The notes beneath the pieces were generated by a model that did no database searches, was not told where the DNA came from, and was given only the letters and a program-made list of their open reading frames with translations. This document shows, piece by piece, positions 8,346 to 18,367 of a stretch of DNA of 64,000 nt; positions within the stretch are counted from its first letter, which is position 1; each line of letters opens with the position of its first letter. The position numbers and the translations under genes were made by a program. The stretch covers positions 1 to 64,000 of the IMG/VR virus record IMGVR_UViG_3300049001_000044. The stretch is one strand, 5' to 3'.

Positions 8346-9077
8346 TTAGGCTTTCTTGGCTGCAGCTTTGCGTGCCGGCTTCTTCACTTCCTTGACTTCG
8401 GCCGGAGCTTCCGGTGCCGGGGCTTCTTCTTCCTGGGCGGTACCGAGGATTTCTTCCATCGTCTTGGCGAGATCGCCAGGTACCACCTTCTCAAGGGTAG
8501 GCTTGAAGGCCAGGGTGGTGGAGAGGCGGATGACGTCCTTGTCTTGGGAGCGGAGCGCCTTGTCCAGGGTTTCGTCGTCAACCACGTACTTGACCTTTTC
8601 TTCCTGCATCACGATGAAGTCGGCCGGCAATCCCAACTTCGCGAGAGCTTTCTCCACCTGTCCCAGCATCTGCTCGTTCTCGGCATATTCCGGGTTGATC
8701 GCGAAGAGTTGCGGGGTGATCACCTCTTTCTTGAACTTGATCCCCTTGGTTTCGAAGATCGCGCGTTCCTCTTCGTTGAGGGCCGAGTTGGCACCGCGTT
8801 TGCGGAGTTGGCAGTTGATCACTGCTTCACCCTCACGGGCATCGAAGCTTTCCGGCTTCATCCCGCCGGTGCGTTCGATTTCCTTCTCGAACTCTTCCCG
8901 GACCTCGTCCTGCACGAGGCTCTCCATCACTGCTTTCGCGGAGGTTGCTGCCTTGATGATTGCATCGAGGTGGGCCAACTTGCGAACTCCGCTGAGCAAG
9001 ATTGAGCGGCGTTCTTTCTTTTTGCCCTTGGTTTCAGCTTTGGCTTCGATTGCTTTTGCGTTCTTAAACATACTCAT
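8346..9077 (-). CDS. Hypothetical early protein
   Basis: 243 aa directly behind an early promoter cassette; RBS GGAG. Confidence 0.85.
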   Translation of the reverse strand: MSMFKNAKAIEAKAETKGKKKERRSILLSGVRKLAHLDAIIKAATSAKAVMESLVQDEVREEFEKEIERTGGMKPESFDAREGEAVINCQLRKRGANSALNEEERAIFETKGIKFKKEVITPQLFAINPEYAENEQMLGQVEKALAKLGLPADFIVMQEEKVKYVVDDETLDKALRSQDKDVIRLSTTLAFKPTLEKVVPGDLAKTMEEILGTAQEEEAPAPEAPAEVKEVKKPARKAAAKKA

Positions 9078-9106
9078 CGTTTTCTCCAGCAGGTTGTTTT
9101 GTTGTT

Positions 9107-9179
9107 GATAAGGCTATATTACCATGGAACCAGGACATGTACACAGTTTTTGCAGGCGAAATTGTAACCAACGTTACAA
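9107..9179 (-). promoter_or_regulatory. Early promoter cassette
   Basis: GATAAGGCTATATTACCATGG...TGTACAC...TTGTAAC-CAAC-GTTACAA. Confidence 0.75.
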
Positions 9180-9410
9180 GTTCTTCAAGGAAATTTATTT
9201 CCTGAAAGAAACAACGAAGGACCCGAAGGCCCTTATATTAGAGTAGTTCGCGAGGTTTTTTCCCCTTGTATTGTTTAGTGTATTTTCCTCGGGGTAAAAC
9301 GAATGGCATTCGGGCGAGGAAGCTGGATGGTTTCTCTTTTCGCACCCTCTGTCGACGATGATAACCAAATCCCTTACCAACGTACCACCCTTCTTCTATA
9401 TTTCGGCTCA

Positions 9411-9956
9411 TCATTTTCCTCCCCTCAGTTTCTTTGCGTTTTTAAAGGACTTGAATTTTGGAGTGGTGTCGAGTTGCTCAACCACCTCTTTCAATTGGGA
9501 TTTCCAAGCGGGTACCTCGTCCTTCGGCTGCAATCCCCTCTTGATGGCGTCCAACGCTGCAACGCAATCCTCCATCTCGAACATCCCAAAGTGGCATGAG
9601 GAGACGTGGATGTTCATCGCAGCTGCCAAGGACTGATAGGCCAAAGTCCTGCTCATCTTCCCGCTTTGCCAGATCGGATTGAAGAGGTTCTTCACTTCCA
9701 TCCGCAACTTCCTGAGCTTGTTGTTCGCGAGGATTCCCAGAGGGATATTGGTTTCGGGATGCATCCCGATGCAGGCACTGCACTTGAGGCAGACGAAGAT
9801 CCATGGGTACCCACCGTACGAGGTGCCGTTATAGATGAAGGAGTTGTTAGCCATGATGACTTCACCTTCACAATACCTGCACTTCGTCGGCGCGGGCAGC
9901 TTGTCCTTCACCTTCTCAATTGCCTTGGGGTTGGGGTGCCATGGATCGTACGTCAT
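9411..9956 (-). CDS. DUF3268-like zinc-finger protein
   Basis: PTKCRYCEGEV...WIFVCLKCSACIGMHPETNIPLGILAN...LFNPIW. Confidence 0.8.
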   Translation of the reverse strand: MTYDPWHPNPKAIEKVKDKLPAPTKCRYCEGEVIMANNSFIYNGTSYGGYPWIFVCLKCSACIGMHPETNIPLGILANNKLRKLRMEVKNLFNPIWQSGKMSRTLAYQSLAAAMNIHVSSCHFGMFEMEDCVAALDAIKRGLQPKDEVPAWKSQLKEVVEQLDTTPKFKSFKNAKKLRGGK

Positions 9957-9961
9957 ATCTC

Positions 9962-10393
9962 TTAACCTTCCGTTTTCGGAGTACCGTAGTTGTGAGGGGC
10001 GTTCTGCGGGTTAAGCCTATCCAATACCTTGTCCATATCTGCCATGAAGGCGATCCCCACGTCCATGTTCCCTCGACCTTTGCTCATGTCCACGGCTGTG
10101 TTCAAGAGGTTGTTCAGATCAAGGTCGTAGATCGTGTACTCAGGGGTTCGTTTGACGTTGGGATTCTCGAAGCCGTGGCGTTCGAGATATTGGACGAAGT
10201 GTTTGCCACTTGCCATGCCCGTGTTCGGGAACCCAGTGCCGATCGTGATGTCGCGGAATTGCTCGCACAGCTCGTAGGACCGGCGTTTCTCGGCACGGAG
10301 TTTGTCGAAGATCATGATGATCGCCAGTGCCATGAAGATGATCGTGATCGTGAACAGCATCACCCACGAAAGCCAATGAGAGTTGAGTTGCAT
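9962..10393 (-). CDS. Membrane-anchored hypothetical protein
   Basis: N-terminal hydrophobic helix. Confidence 0.75.
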   Translation of the reverse strand: MQLNSHWLSWVMLFTITIIFMALAIIMIFDKLRAEKRRSYELCEQFRDITIGTGFPNTGMASGKHFVQYLERHGFENPNVKRTPEYTIYDLDLNNLLNTAVDMSKGRGNMDVGIAFMADMDKVLDRLNPQNAPHNYGTPKTEG

Positions 10394-10416
10394 GTTTGCA
10401 CCTTTCTGGTCATCTC

Positions 10417-10492
10417 AGTGAGGCCCAGAGACCTCACTGCTTGTTGTATGTAAGCTGCATCACACTGCAGTGTGGAGGTCTCTGAGCACCTC
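10417..10492. repeat. Dispersed inverted-repeat module
   Basis: GTGAGGCCCAGAGACCTCAC ... GTGGAGGTCTCTGAGCACCTCA. Confidence 0.8.
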
Positions 10493-10808
10493 AGGTTTTA
10501 GGCACCCACTGTTTCTTCTGGAACATTCCCAAAGTCGTGACCATCCAGACCAGGGCTTGCGCGCGATTCATGTCAGGATTCACCTTCAGGATTTCCTCGA
10601 CCGCGAGTTTCTCAAGGCGTTTCGCTTCCTCGTCCTGGTCATTGACCCACGCGTGAAGGGTTTGGGTGACAAGGTTGAGGAGGTTGGTATTGATCTCCTT
10701 CTTCAGCACCTTGTCCGCGTTCACGTGGTGGACCGTGATCCGCATGTTCTCGAAGTCCTTGATGTCCTTCAACTTGCCGGTGCCACTGCCTTTTTTGGTT
10801 GCCATCAC
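10491..10808 (-). CDS. Hypothetical protein
   Basis: RBS GAAGGAGAAGAG; overlap with upstream gene. Confidence 0.75.
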   Translation of the reverse strand: MMATKKGSGTGKLKDIKDFENMRITVHHVNADKVLKKEINTNLLNLVTQTLHAWVNDQDEEAKRLEKLAVEEILKVNPDMNRAQALVWMVTTLGMFQKKQWVPKT

Positions 10809-11110
10809 TCTTCTCCTTCCATGTATTCACCCTTGACCCACGATTTCGCGAACTCGAGAGCAGTGTTCGGATCTTCGAAGGGCTTGGTCAGGGCAGGTTT
10901 TTCGTCCATGCACTCGATCGACTGGAACTCGTAGCAGATGGCGTTCCACGGCGATTGGCTCTCGAGGGTGGAGGTGATCAGCACTTGCTTCAACTCGCAG
11001 GTGACGAGGAAACCACCCTCGATCTTGTGCGCGGTAACCACCTTCACATCGTCGACTTCCGGCCTGTCCACTCGAATGCGGACGGTGTAGTCCTCAGGCT
11101 TGATTCCCAT
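10805..11110 (-). CDS. Hypothetical protein
   Basis: Start reassigned to MGIKPED after RBS AAGGGAG. Confidence 0.75.
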   Translation of the reverse strand: MGIKPEDYTVRIRVDRPEVDDVKVVTAHKIEGGFLVTCELKQVLITSTLESQSPWNAICYEFQSIECMDEKPALTKPFEDPNTALEFAKSWVKGEYMEGEE

Positions 11111-11121
11111 TTTTGCTCCCT

Positions 11122-11409
11122 TTATTCCGCGTTGATGGTGCCAGTGGAGACGTAGCGTTCGGCCATCTCGAGGGCGAGTTCCTTGCTCGAGGCCGGCTGC
11201 ACTTGATCGTTGTCTTCGTTTGCGGGGCCGTAGATGACGTTCCACGGTGCACCAACCTCGCTCATGTCCGGGGTAACCAGGGCCGCGCGGTAGTGGTTGA
11301 AGACGTACACTCCGCCGTATTCGCGGTCCTCCTTCGAGATCGTGTTTCGTGCGGCTTCGAGAGCCTTGCGGTGATTTTCATCGCCGTCAACGAGTACAAA
11401 TCCGATCAT
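11122..11409 (-). CDS. Hypothetical protein
   Basis: RBS AAGGAG; 95 aa. Confidence 0.75.
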   Translation of the reverse strand: MIGFVLVDGDENHRKALEAARNTISKEDREYGGVYVFNHYRAALVTPDMSEVGAPWNVIYGPANEDNDQVQPASSKELALEMAERYVSTGTINAE

Positions 11410-11462
11410 GATGTTCTCCTTTGAGAGGAGAGCTAGGGTTTCCCCTAGCTCGTGGATTTGGA

Positions 11463-12461
11463 TTAGTTCGAGGAAGTCAGCAGGTATTCTGCAGGGCGCT
11501 TCCAGTCATCGCCTTCAGCAACCACCTTTGTGACCGAGATCAGGGTGCGGAAGGAGAGTTCCCTTGCGACATCCTTCATTTCGCCGAGGAACTCGAGAGC
11601 TGCTTTCTTGTGCTCCATCTCGTACTCAGGCAGGAATTTCTCGCTCTTGATGATTTCGCCCATCCGCTCGATCTTCTGCGAGGCGTTCATCGAGAGGTCC
11701 ACGGGGATGGAGCGGCTGCGAACTGCTTGGTCGACCTTGTGCATCGGCAGGTTCGAGATGAAGATCACTCCGCCCTTGAACTCGAAGCTGCGAGGGAGAT
11801 CGTCGTCGCCGAAGGATTCAGCATTCCACGAGATGATCCGGCGTTCGTAGGAATCCAACGCTCCCTTGAGGAGGTTGAGAGAGACAGGATCGCGGAGGAC
11901 CGAGTCGCAGTCATCGAAGACGATAATGCGGTTGCGGTTTTCGTAGAGGGTCCGGTAGAGGCCCTTGGCAGTGGAGTAACCCTTGACCACGGTGTAGAGC
12001 TTCCGCGATTCCGAGGGGGAGAGAACCGAGTCGCTGCCCGTTCCCACTTCCACGCTCCCCATGTAATCGGTGGTGTTGATCAAGCCAGCCGCCCCGAGTG
12101 CTTCCGTGACCGTGAAGGTTTTACCCAGACCACCTTCGCCGGTAACCACGAGGGAAGGAGCAGTCCGCCTGGCAACCATCGTCACGAACTTGGTGAGGAA
12201 GTCGAAGCGCTCGTTAATCGTGAAGCGTTCTTCCGGCATTTCCATCACCACTCCCGAGGAATTCTCCCCCACCGTCATCGTGCCTTCCGGCTCGTACACT
12301 TGGGAAACCCCAGCGTCGTTTGCTTTGTTGCAGCGGCCGGAGGTGATCATCTCGATCACGTAGGCTTTCGAACGGGAGGCCGCGAGAATTTGACCGTTGT
12401 ACTTGGCTTCCCACTTGCCGGTGCGTTCATTCAGTTTCAGTTCAGCGATTTTGTTGCTCAT
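11463..12461 (-). CDS. AAA+ ATPase
   Basis: Walker A GEGGLGKT, Walker B IIVFDDCD, sensor IFISN. Confidence 0.9.
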   Translation of the reverse strand: MSNKIAELKLNERTGKWEAKYNGQILAASRSKAYVIEMITSGRCNKANDAGVSQVYEPEGTMTVGENSSGVVMEMPEERFTINERFDFLTKFVTMVARRTAPSLVVTGEGGLGKTFTVTEALGAAGLINTTDYMGSVEVGTGSDSVLSPSESRKLYTVVKGYSTAKGLYRTLYENRNRIIVFDDCDSVLRDPVSLNLLKGALDSYERRIISWNAESFGDDDLPRSFEFKGGVIFISNLPMHKVDQAVRSRSIPVDLSMNASQKIERMGEIIKSEKFLPEYEMEHKKAALEFLGEMKDVARELSFRTLISVTKVVAEGDDWKRPAEYLLTSSN

Positions 12462-12510
12462 CGTGGTTTCCTTCAGCTAGTTAAAGTTGTTGTTGCGTTG
12501 TTGTTTTGTC

Positions 12511-12582
12511 GATAAGGCTATAGTACCATGGTCTGGAGAAATGTACACACTTCTGGAGAAGAAAAGTGTAACAAATGTAACC
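12511..12582 (-). promoter_or_regulatory. Early promoter cassette
   Basis: GATAAGGCTATAGTACCATGG...TGTACAC...GTGTAACAAATGTAAC. Confidence 0.75.
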
Positions 12583-12657
12583 GCGCACCCCCAAAAGGCG
12601 CTATATATAGCGCCTGTTCTAGGATGTTACTAGTAGGAAACTGTTACTAGCAGGAAA

Positions 12658-13218
12658 TTACTGCAGGGAAACTCCCAAGTCTCGATACTCCTTCCTCACC
12701 ATCCCCACTATTTCCCGGAGATTCGCTTTGCCTTTGGGCAACTCCTTGTAGATTTGGATGGGATTTTGGGTTGCAACCCACACCATCTCCGCCATCGTCA
12801 TGTCGTTGCCTCGCTTCTCGTTGCACTTGGAACACGCGCATCGCCCGTTGATGGGGTTGTTCGAACCATCGTAGGACTTAGGGAGGATGTGGTCCCACGT
12901 AAGCATGCGATTGTTGGCGTAGAGGTTCAGTTGGAAGGGCATCACCCTGTCGTTGCGATGCTTCTCAACTTGGAAGTGAGTGGCCTCAACACCGCAGCGA
13001 AAGCACTTCAACTGGACGGAGGTCAGCACCGCAAATCGATCGAAGTCGCGCTTGACGATTTGCTCCATAATCCGCAGCTTCTCTACACCGCGACCGTGGT
13101 TGAGGACGTGGTTGAGAAGATCCAAACCCTCTTGCACTTCCATCTGCGCCAAGTACATCATTTGGACTTTGCTCTTCTTCCCCTTGCGTTCGCGATTGGT
13201 GAGAGGACGTGGGTACAT
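12658..13218 (-). CDS. HNH endonuclease family protein (start uncertain)
   Basis: CFRCG...TWDHILPKSYDGSNNPINGRCACSKCNEKRG. Confidence 0.85.
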   Translation of the reverse strand: MYPRPLTNRERKGKKSKVQMMYLAQMEVQEGLDLLNHVLNHGRGVEKLRIMEQIVKRDFDRFAVLTSVQLKCFRCGVEATHFQVEKHRNDRVMPFQLNLYANNRMLTWDHILPKSYDGSNNPINGRCACSKCNEKRGNDMTMAEMVWVATQNPIQIYKELPKGKANLREIVGMVRKEYRDLGVSLQ

Positions 13219-13225
13219 CGAGTAA

Positions 13226-13408
13226 TCAGTAGTCGTCATCGTGCAGTGCTCCATAATCCGGGTCATGCAAGGCTTCAAAGCTGTCGTCGTACACAGGGCC
13301 GTCAGGGTCGAAGGGTGCGCCTTCAGCGTTGGTGGGTTCGCAGTCGCTGAGGGCGCCGATGTAGGCGGCAGTAATTGCGAGTCCTGCGAGGGCAATAACC
13401 CAAATCAT
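13226..13408 (-). CDS. Small membrane or exported protein
   Basis: Hydrophobic N-terminus, acidic tail; overlaps the NUDIX gene stop. Confidence 0.65.
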   Translation of the reverse strand: MIWVIALAGLAITAAYIGALSDCEPTNAEGAPFDPDGPVYDDSFEALHDPDYGALHDDDY

Positions 13409-13992
13409 AGCAGCACCTTCAACAGATGGGGGATGAGGTCGATGTTGAATTCGCCGAAGGTCTTCACCATCACTTCACGGTAGGGAACCAGCGTTACCAA
13501 AATGCCTGGCTCGATCTCACGAGGATCGCAGCGGAATTCGTCACAGATCATTTTGGCTTCCACGCGATCGGTTACGATGTAGACGTGGATATCCCAGTCC
13601 TCTTCATCCTTGAAGCAACCTACGTAGTCAGGGACAGCAATGAGAGCACGGCCCGTCTCTTCCTGGAACTCGCGGAGTGCAGCATCGAGTGGAGCTTCGC
13701 CATCAGTCTTGCCACCGATAAAGCCCCAATCATCAGTGGTACCGCGACGAGTGGCTGCGAGAACATGACCAGTGACGGGGTCGAACACGACGATCACCAC
13801 CGCAATCTTGATCATCTCTCCGTTGCCGGTCTTCAGGTACTGCTGGATGCAGTCACGAACGCCAGCCGAGTAGCTGTCCTTCAAGTCTGCGTGATGACGA
13901 TAGATGCTGTTTGGATCTTCCCCTTTGTCGAGGAGGTCCTTCGTTACTGCCCAACCCTTGTTGTATTTGATTGCGTGATCGACTGCGCTCAT
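13405..13992 (-). CDS. NUDIX hydrolase with N-terminal extension
   Basis: Nudix box GGKTDGEAPLDAALREFQEETG. Confidence 0.9.
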   Translation of the reverse strand: MSAVDHAIKYNKGWAVTKDLLDKGEDPNSIYRHHADLKDSYSAGVRDCIQQYLKTGNGEMIKIAVVIVVFDPVTGHVLAATRRGTTDDWGFIGGKTDGEAPLDAALREFQEETGRALIAVPDYVGCFKDEEDWDIHVYIVTDRVEAKMICDEFRCDPREIEPGILVTLVPYREVMVKTFGEFNIDLIPHLLKVLL

Positions 13993-14195
13993 ACTTTCTC
14001 CAGTGCTTTGCGTGCGCCTTCATCGAATGGGTTGCGCCCATCAAAGAATTCGCCATTCTCGATTTGTGCTTCGATTACTTCTACACGAGTTCCCCTGCGT
14101 AGCTCTCCTTGCGCCCATGCATAGCCGCGTTCTTCATCTCGCTTAGCTTGCAACTCTTTCCGAGCAGCAATCCATCCCTTAATGAGGGCGATCAT
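13989..14195 (-). CDS. Hypothetical protein
   Basis: Overlap-coupled 68-aa ORF. Confidence 0.7.
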   Translation of the reverse strand: MIALIKGWIAARKELQAKRDEERGYAWAQGELRRGTRVEVIEAQIENGEFFDGRNPFDEGARKALEKV

Positions 14196-14197
14196 GA

Positions 14198-14539
14198 TTA
14201 GCCTCGCAGAATGAGTTCGTCGGTGGAGGGATCGTAGCCGAAGATTTGCATCGCTGGCCCCTTGATACGCCCGATGTAGCTACGCATTACCCAGCAGCCT
14301 TCACGGAACCAGCGCACGCAGCTCTTCTTGTTCCAAATACCTGCGCGAGGCATGCGAGTCCTTCGTTGCTCACGGATTTTCCAATCGAGGTAAGCGAGGT
14401 AAGGGGTGTTGCCATAGCCAAAGATGTAGAGGTCGTCGTGGCAGCGCCAACCTCCGCCATGGGTCTTCTGAATCGTCGGTTTGGCTGGGAGCCTGCGTTG
14501 AGTGTAGTGCATCGTGTTCCTTTCATCTGATAGGTACAT
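14198..14539 (-). CDS. Hypothetical protein
   Basis: ORF behind a TACAAT promoter; Trp/Arg-rich. Confidence 0.65.
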   Translation of the reverse strand: MYLSDERNTMHYTQRRLPAKPTIQKTHGGGWRCHDDLYIFGYGNTPYLAYLDWKIREQRRTRMPRAGIWNKKSCVRWFREGCWVMRSYIGRIKGPAMQIFGYDPSTDELILRG

Positions 14540-14618
14540 TGTACTCTACAATCTGTGACTCAAAAACTAGCGCGCACTAAAAAGGAGCCCGAAGGCTCCT
14601 GAGAAGAGGGAGAGGAGG

Positions 14619-14846
14619 TTACTTGATGCGAGTAACTTTGAATGTGTGGTTGGGTTGACCCATGGTAGGTTCTTCACTTACACCCGGACCACGAGTGTAG
14701 GAGTGCTTGCCCAACGTAAGTTTGGAAATCATCTCCCGATCGAAGTCGTTGAAGCCATTCTCGGGGGAGAAGTATTCAATCCCAACATTTTCTTGGGTCT
14801 CGTTTTTGCCCTTGAACTGTTTGAAGGTGATGGTGAATTTGGCCAT
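14619..14846 (-). CDS. Hypothetical protein
   Basis: RBS GGAG; TGTGTAC...TACAAT promoter upstream. Confidence 0.7.
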   Translation of the reverse strand: MAKFTITFKQFKGKNETQENVGIEYFSPENGFNDFDREMISKLTLGKHSYTRGPGVSEEPTMGQPNHTFKVTRIK

Positions 14847-14908
14847 GGGATCTCCACGTAGTTATGGTATTTCTGATTGTACCATAAAACGCAGAGAATG
14901 TACACATG

Positions 14909-15502
14909 TTAGCAGCTACAAGAGAAGAACGAGCCTCGATGATTCTCGTCCACTTTTTCTCCCATGACGATCTCATACTGGTTCCAGAATTCGTCTGAGA
15001 CGTATTCACCTTCCAGGAGACCGCCAAGAACCAGGTAGTCACCCCACTGGCCGTTGCGTTGCGAGCGAACCCAATCTTCAGCGTATTCCATCAGCATGTC
15101 AACGCTGAGAGGGAAGCTCATTGCATACTCGTGGATCCACTGCTTGGCCTTCTCCACTTCAGTCAGTACCTTCGCATCCTCAGCGACTTCCGCAACAACA
15201 GGAAAATCAGGGTGGGTCCAGACGTGGCGAAGGCTGGTGATCATTCGAGGGTAGACGACGAGCCAGAACTTCTCTCCCTTCTTAACCTTGCCTTTCAGGA
15301 ACGGATCAACGATGCCAACCGGGTTCTTGCACTTGCCAACACCACCTTCGACGAAGCCAACATCTTCGCCAGGGAGCAGGCTTTGAGCAGCGATGACAGG
15401 CTCAACAGCCAGGTGGATTGCATCGCGACGTTCGTTATCACCGATGATGGTGCCCAGGGTATCCAGTGCGTCGGTGTGAGGGGTACGTTTATCAGCGCTC
15501 AT
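14909..15502 (-). CDS. Conserved phage hypothetical protein (C-terminal FFSCSC)
   Basis: RDAIHLAVEPV...GIVDPFL...WLVVYPRMITSLRHVWTHPDF. Confidence 0.85.
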   Translation of the reverse strand: MSADKRTPHTDALDTLGTIIGDNERRDAIHLAVEPVIAAQSLLPGEDVGFVEGGVGKCKNPVGIVDPFLKGKVKKGEKFWLVVYPRMITSLRHVWTHPDFPVVAEVAEDAKVLTEVEKAKQWIHEYAMSFPLSVDMLMEYAEDWVRSQRNGQWGDYLVLGGLLEGEYVSDEFWNQYEIVMGEKVDENHRGSFFSCSC

Positions 15503-15565
15503 TCAAATTCCTTTCGTTCAAAAAGAAAGGAGCCCGAAGGCTCCCTTGTACTGCATTGGTTGGTA

Positions 15566-16192
15566 TTACAGCTTGGCGAATTTCTCGTTCGACATCTTCT
15601 GGAAGTAGCCGCCGACTGCGTTATAGATCGCGGTGCCGATGTCCTTGCAGATGTCTGCGATCAGGTACCATACCAGGTAAACCGGCCAGTAACCGATCCA
15701 CATGACGATCGATGCTTTGTTGTCGCTGGCTTTCGGTGCGATTGCAGCGTTGATGCCTGCCACGCTCATCACCTTCGGATACACGCCGCGGCCTGTCTTG
15801 TTACCCAGATATTCGGCGTAGTCAGCCAGGATTTTCTCGTCGGGGGTTTCGTTCGACTTGAAGTAATCGTTCGGCAGCTTGCGCGAGATCAGGAAGCCGT
15901 CACGGATGTTCGACAGACGTTCGAACTGCGTGCCCAGGAATCGCGACCATTTGAAGCGACCGACGAACAGACCGCCGATGACGTAGGCCAGAGCGATGCC
16001 GATCAGGAAGGTGGGGTTAGTCGCCAGCTCAGGATTTTGCGAGCCGACCAGGTAAACTGCAGCTGCGGTTGCGATGAAGGACAGGAAGCCTTTCTCCAGC
16101 ACAGCGCAGATGAACAGAATCAGGCCAATGACGCTGAGCACGATGTAGAATGCCAGCGGTGCAGCCAGGAAAGTTGCGATTTCAGTGATCAT
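15566..16192 (-). CDS. Multi-pass membrane protein
   Basis: Several hydrophobic segments. Confidence 0.85.
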   Translation of the reverse strand: MITEIATFLAAPLAFYIVLSVIGLILFICAVLEKGFLSFIATAAAVYLVGSQNPELATNPTFLIGIALAYVIGGLFVGRFKWSRFLGTQFERLSNIRDGFLISRKLPNDYFKSNETPDEKILADYAEYLGNKTGRGVYPKVMSVAGINAAIAPKASDNKASIVMWIGYWPVYLVWYLIADICKDIGTAIYNAVGGYFQKMSNEKFAKL

Positions 16193-16220
16193 GAAGTTTT
16201 TCTTTCTATGTAGGGTTGAA

Positions 16221-16655
16221 TTACTTGGCCAGTTCTGCTTGCAGTTGGCGCAGCAGTTGGACGATGCGCTGATCGCCCTCCGTCAGTTGAGCGTTCGGTT
16301 CCACTGCCTTCTTCTCGATGACATCGATGCTGGTCAGGAAGTGGTTGCCTGAATCCGACCGGCACAGAGTTGCGAACTCCGAGCTGTACGTGATCTTGAC
16401 TTCCTTCTGACCTTCCATGGCTTCCTTAACCTTCTTCGCCATGTCTTCGCTTTCTACAGTGAAGTGGAAGGAAGCACCATTCACGCCTGAGCCACCATTC
16501 AGGCCGCCGCGAACGATTTCGCCTTCGTAAGTGGGGCACATGACACCTTGCTTTGCGAGCTTGGTGACCATGCCGATCTTTTCGCCATCACCAGTTTTGA
16601 GGCAGCCAGTCAGCGTGGTTGCTGCAACGATGGCTGCCAGAATCATCTTCTTCAT
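16221..16655 (-). CDS. Lipoprotein
   Basis: Signal peptide with LTGC lipobox. Confidence 0.85.
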   Translation of the reverse strand: MKKMILAAIVAATTLTGCLKTGDGEKIGMVTKLAKQGVMCPTYEGEIVRGGLNGGSGVNGASFHFTVESEDMAKKVKEAMEGQKEVKITYSSEFATLCRSDSGNHFLTSIDVIEKKAVEPNAQLTEGDQRIVQLLRQLQAELAK

Positions 16656-16715
16656 ATTGAAGTCTTTCGTTGTTGAGGTATATGCATTTTATGCTGTGTG
16701 CCTCATAATAAAAAC

Positions 16716-16958
16716 TCACTTCACGCATTGCTTTGAATCTACTTGCTCGCCCTCATCCATGCAGACGTTGTAACCGGTATCACAGACATCCACAGTCGTG
16801 GGCATCATGTACATCATCGTACCTCCACTTCCATTTGGCATGGTCATCGGAATGAATCCACTCTCCAGATGGGAGGAGGTACAGACGAATTCTACATGAG
16901 GACCTTTAGGGGCGCACGAACCTATTAGCAAGGCTAGGGGTAGGATGCACCACTTCAT
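16716..16958 (-). CDS. Small Cys-containing lipoprotein
   Basis: LLIGSC lipobox-like motif; RBS AAGGAG. Confidence 0.7.
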   Translation of the reverse strand: MKWCILPLALLIGSCAPKGPHVEFVCTSSHLESGFIPMTMPNGSGGTMMYMMPTTVDVCDTGYNVCMDEGEQVDSKQCVK

Positions 16959-16967
16959 GTTCTCTCC

Positions 16968-17615
16968 TTACGCTGCTCTTCGTAGCTTGTCAACATTGTG
17001 AAGGATCGCCTTGAGGTTCTCAGATGGATGCGCATCGCCATTCAGCACCACATCCCAATGACACAGTTGGAACCAGTTCTTCTCCACAGTCAACATCGTC
17101 TCCAGCCTACTCAGTGATGCGAACTGCGCTTTGAACGTTGCTGCCTTCAATGCAGCGTAGTCCTCATGGTTTTGGATCACTGCCTTTTCCAAATCTTTTG
17201 CAGCGCGATCCTTGAAGCGTTGCAGACGAAGAGCGGGATCGACGCTCACATACGTCTTCAGATGCAATGCACCCACCTCAATGGCTGGAGCGGCGTAGTG
17301 TTCGATGCCGGACGGCTCAACAATGAGGAAGGCCACACCTTGTGCGAGCTTAGTGTGGAACTCCTGCTTGGTCACGCCATACCTCGCACCGTTAAATTTG
17401 GCCAGCTCAGCGAATTCACCTGCCTCTTCCAGTCGCAGAGACTCTTCCTCGCTGATGAAGAAGTAATCCACACCATCAACTTCACCGGCGCGAGGTGCAC
17501 GGGTGGTAGTACTGATCAGGCAAGGTAGTTTGGCCTCGTCACGAATGAAGTTGAAGAGGTAGGATTTACCGGCGCAGCTCGGCGCGGTCAGAGTTACGAG
17601 GACTTGCTTTTCCAT
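16968..17615 (-). CDS. Guanylate kinase-like NMP kinase
   Basis: P-loop APSCAGKS; STTTRAPRAGEVDGVDYFF signature; start reassigned to MEKQV. Confidence 0.9.
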   Translation of the reverse strand: MEKQVLVTLTAPSCAGKSYLFNFIRDEAKLPCLISTTTRAPRAGEVDGVDYFFISEEESLRLEEAGEFAELAKFNGARYGVTKQEFHTKLAQGVAFLIVEPSGIEHYAAPAIEVGALHLKTYVSVDPALRLQRFKDRAAKDLEKAVIQNHEDYAALKAATFKAQFASLSRLETMLTVEKNWFQLCHWDVVLNGDAHPSENLKAILHNVDKLRRAA

Positions 17616-18367
17616 TTGTCGTTGATTTCCTGTTGAATTTCTTTGACCTCTTCCACGGTGTTGAATGAAAGAGTTGGGTAATTGGTCTCGTACACAGTTG
17701 CTGGTCGACGCCTGTTGTAGAGATAGTGGAAGGCAAAGAGTAGAGATAGCTCTCCGCCAGGGGTGATGTAGCGACCATTTTTCCACAGTGCATGGTGCAG
17801 ATCCCAAAGAGCATCACCTAGAGTGTAGCGATGGAACCTAAACACCGACTGATCGTGGAAACCGGTTGGGTGGCTCTCACCATACTTCGAGAAGTCCGCC
17901 GAGATGATGCGAAGCTTGTCGTCAGAAAGTAGCGTGACGTAGGGATTATCCTTCATCACTGCTGGGATAATGCCTACTCCATTCTGAGGTTGAGCAAGCA
18001 GCTCATCGATGATCTCGCCGTGTGGGAAGAAGACGTCGCCCCATGCAATAACGATCTCGTGATGGATATAGTCTCTGGTGGCCATGAGAGCCTGCAGTAC
18101 GGCATGGCCATCACCCAACCCACTTTCAATTGGGACGTTCACGACGTTCTTGCTCAGCTCTGGATCAAGTTGATCGAAGTACGTAGTCCATTGGTCTTGG
18201 ATGTTGACGTTGGTGACGACGAAGACAGTGCTGAATTTGCTACCCACTTGCTTCAACGTCGTCGTGAGGTTTGGTTCGTCAGTGATGGGGACAAGTGCTT
18301 TTGGCACGTTGCCACCCATCCTTGAACCTTTACCTGCTGCAATGATGTAAAGGTCTGCTTTTGACAT
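17594..18367 (-). CDS. Sugar-phosphate nucleotidyltransferase (GlmU/MobA-like)
   Basis: IIAAGKGSRMGGNVPKAL; LGDGHAV; AWGD. Confidence 0.9.
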   Translation of the reverse strand: MSKADLYIIAAGKGSRMGGNVPKALVPITDEPNLTTTLKQVGSKFSTVFVVTNVNIQDQWTTYFDQLDPELSKNVVNVPIESGLGDGHAVLQALMATRDYIHHEIVIAWGDVFFPHGEIIDELLAQPQNGVGIIPAVMKDNPYVTLLSDDKLRIISADFSKYGESHPTGFHDQSVFRFHRYTLGDALWDLHHALWKNGRYITPGGELSLLFAFHYLYNRRRPATVYETNYPTLSFNTVEEVKEIQQEINDKWKSKSS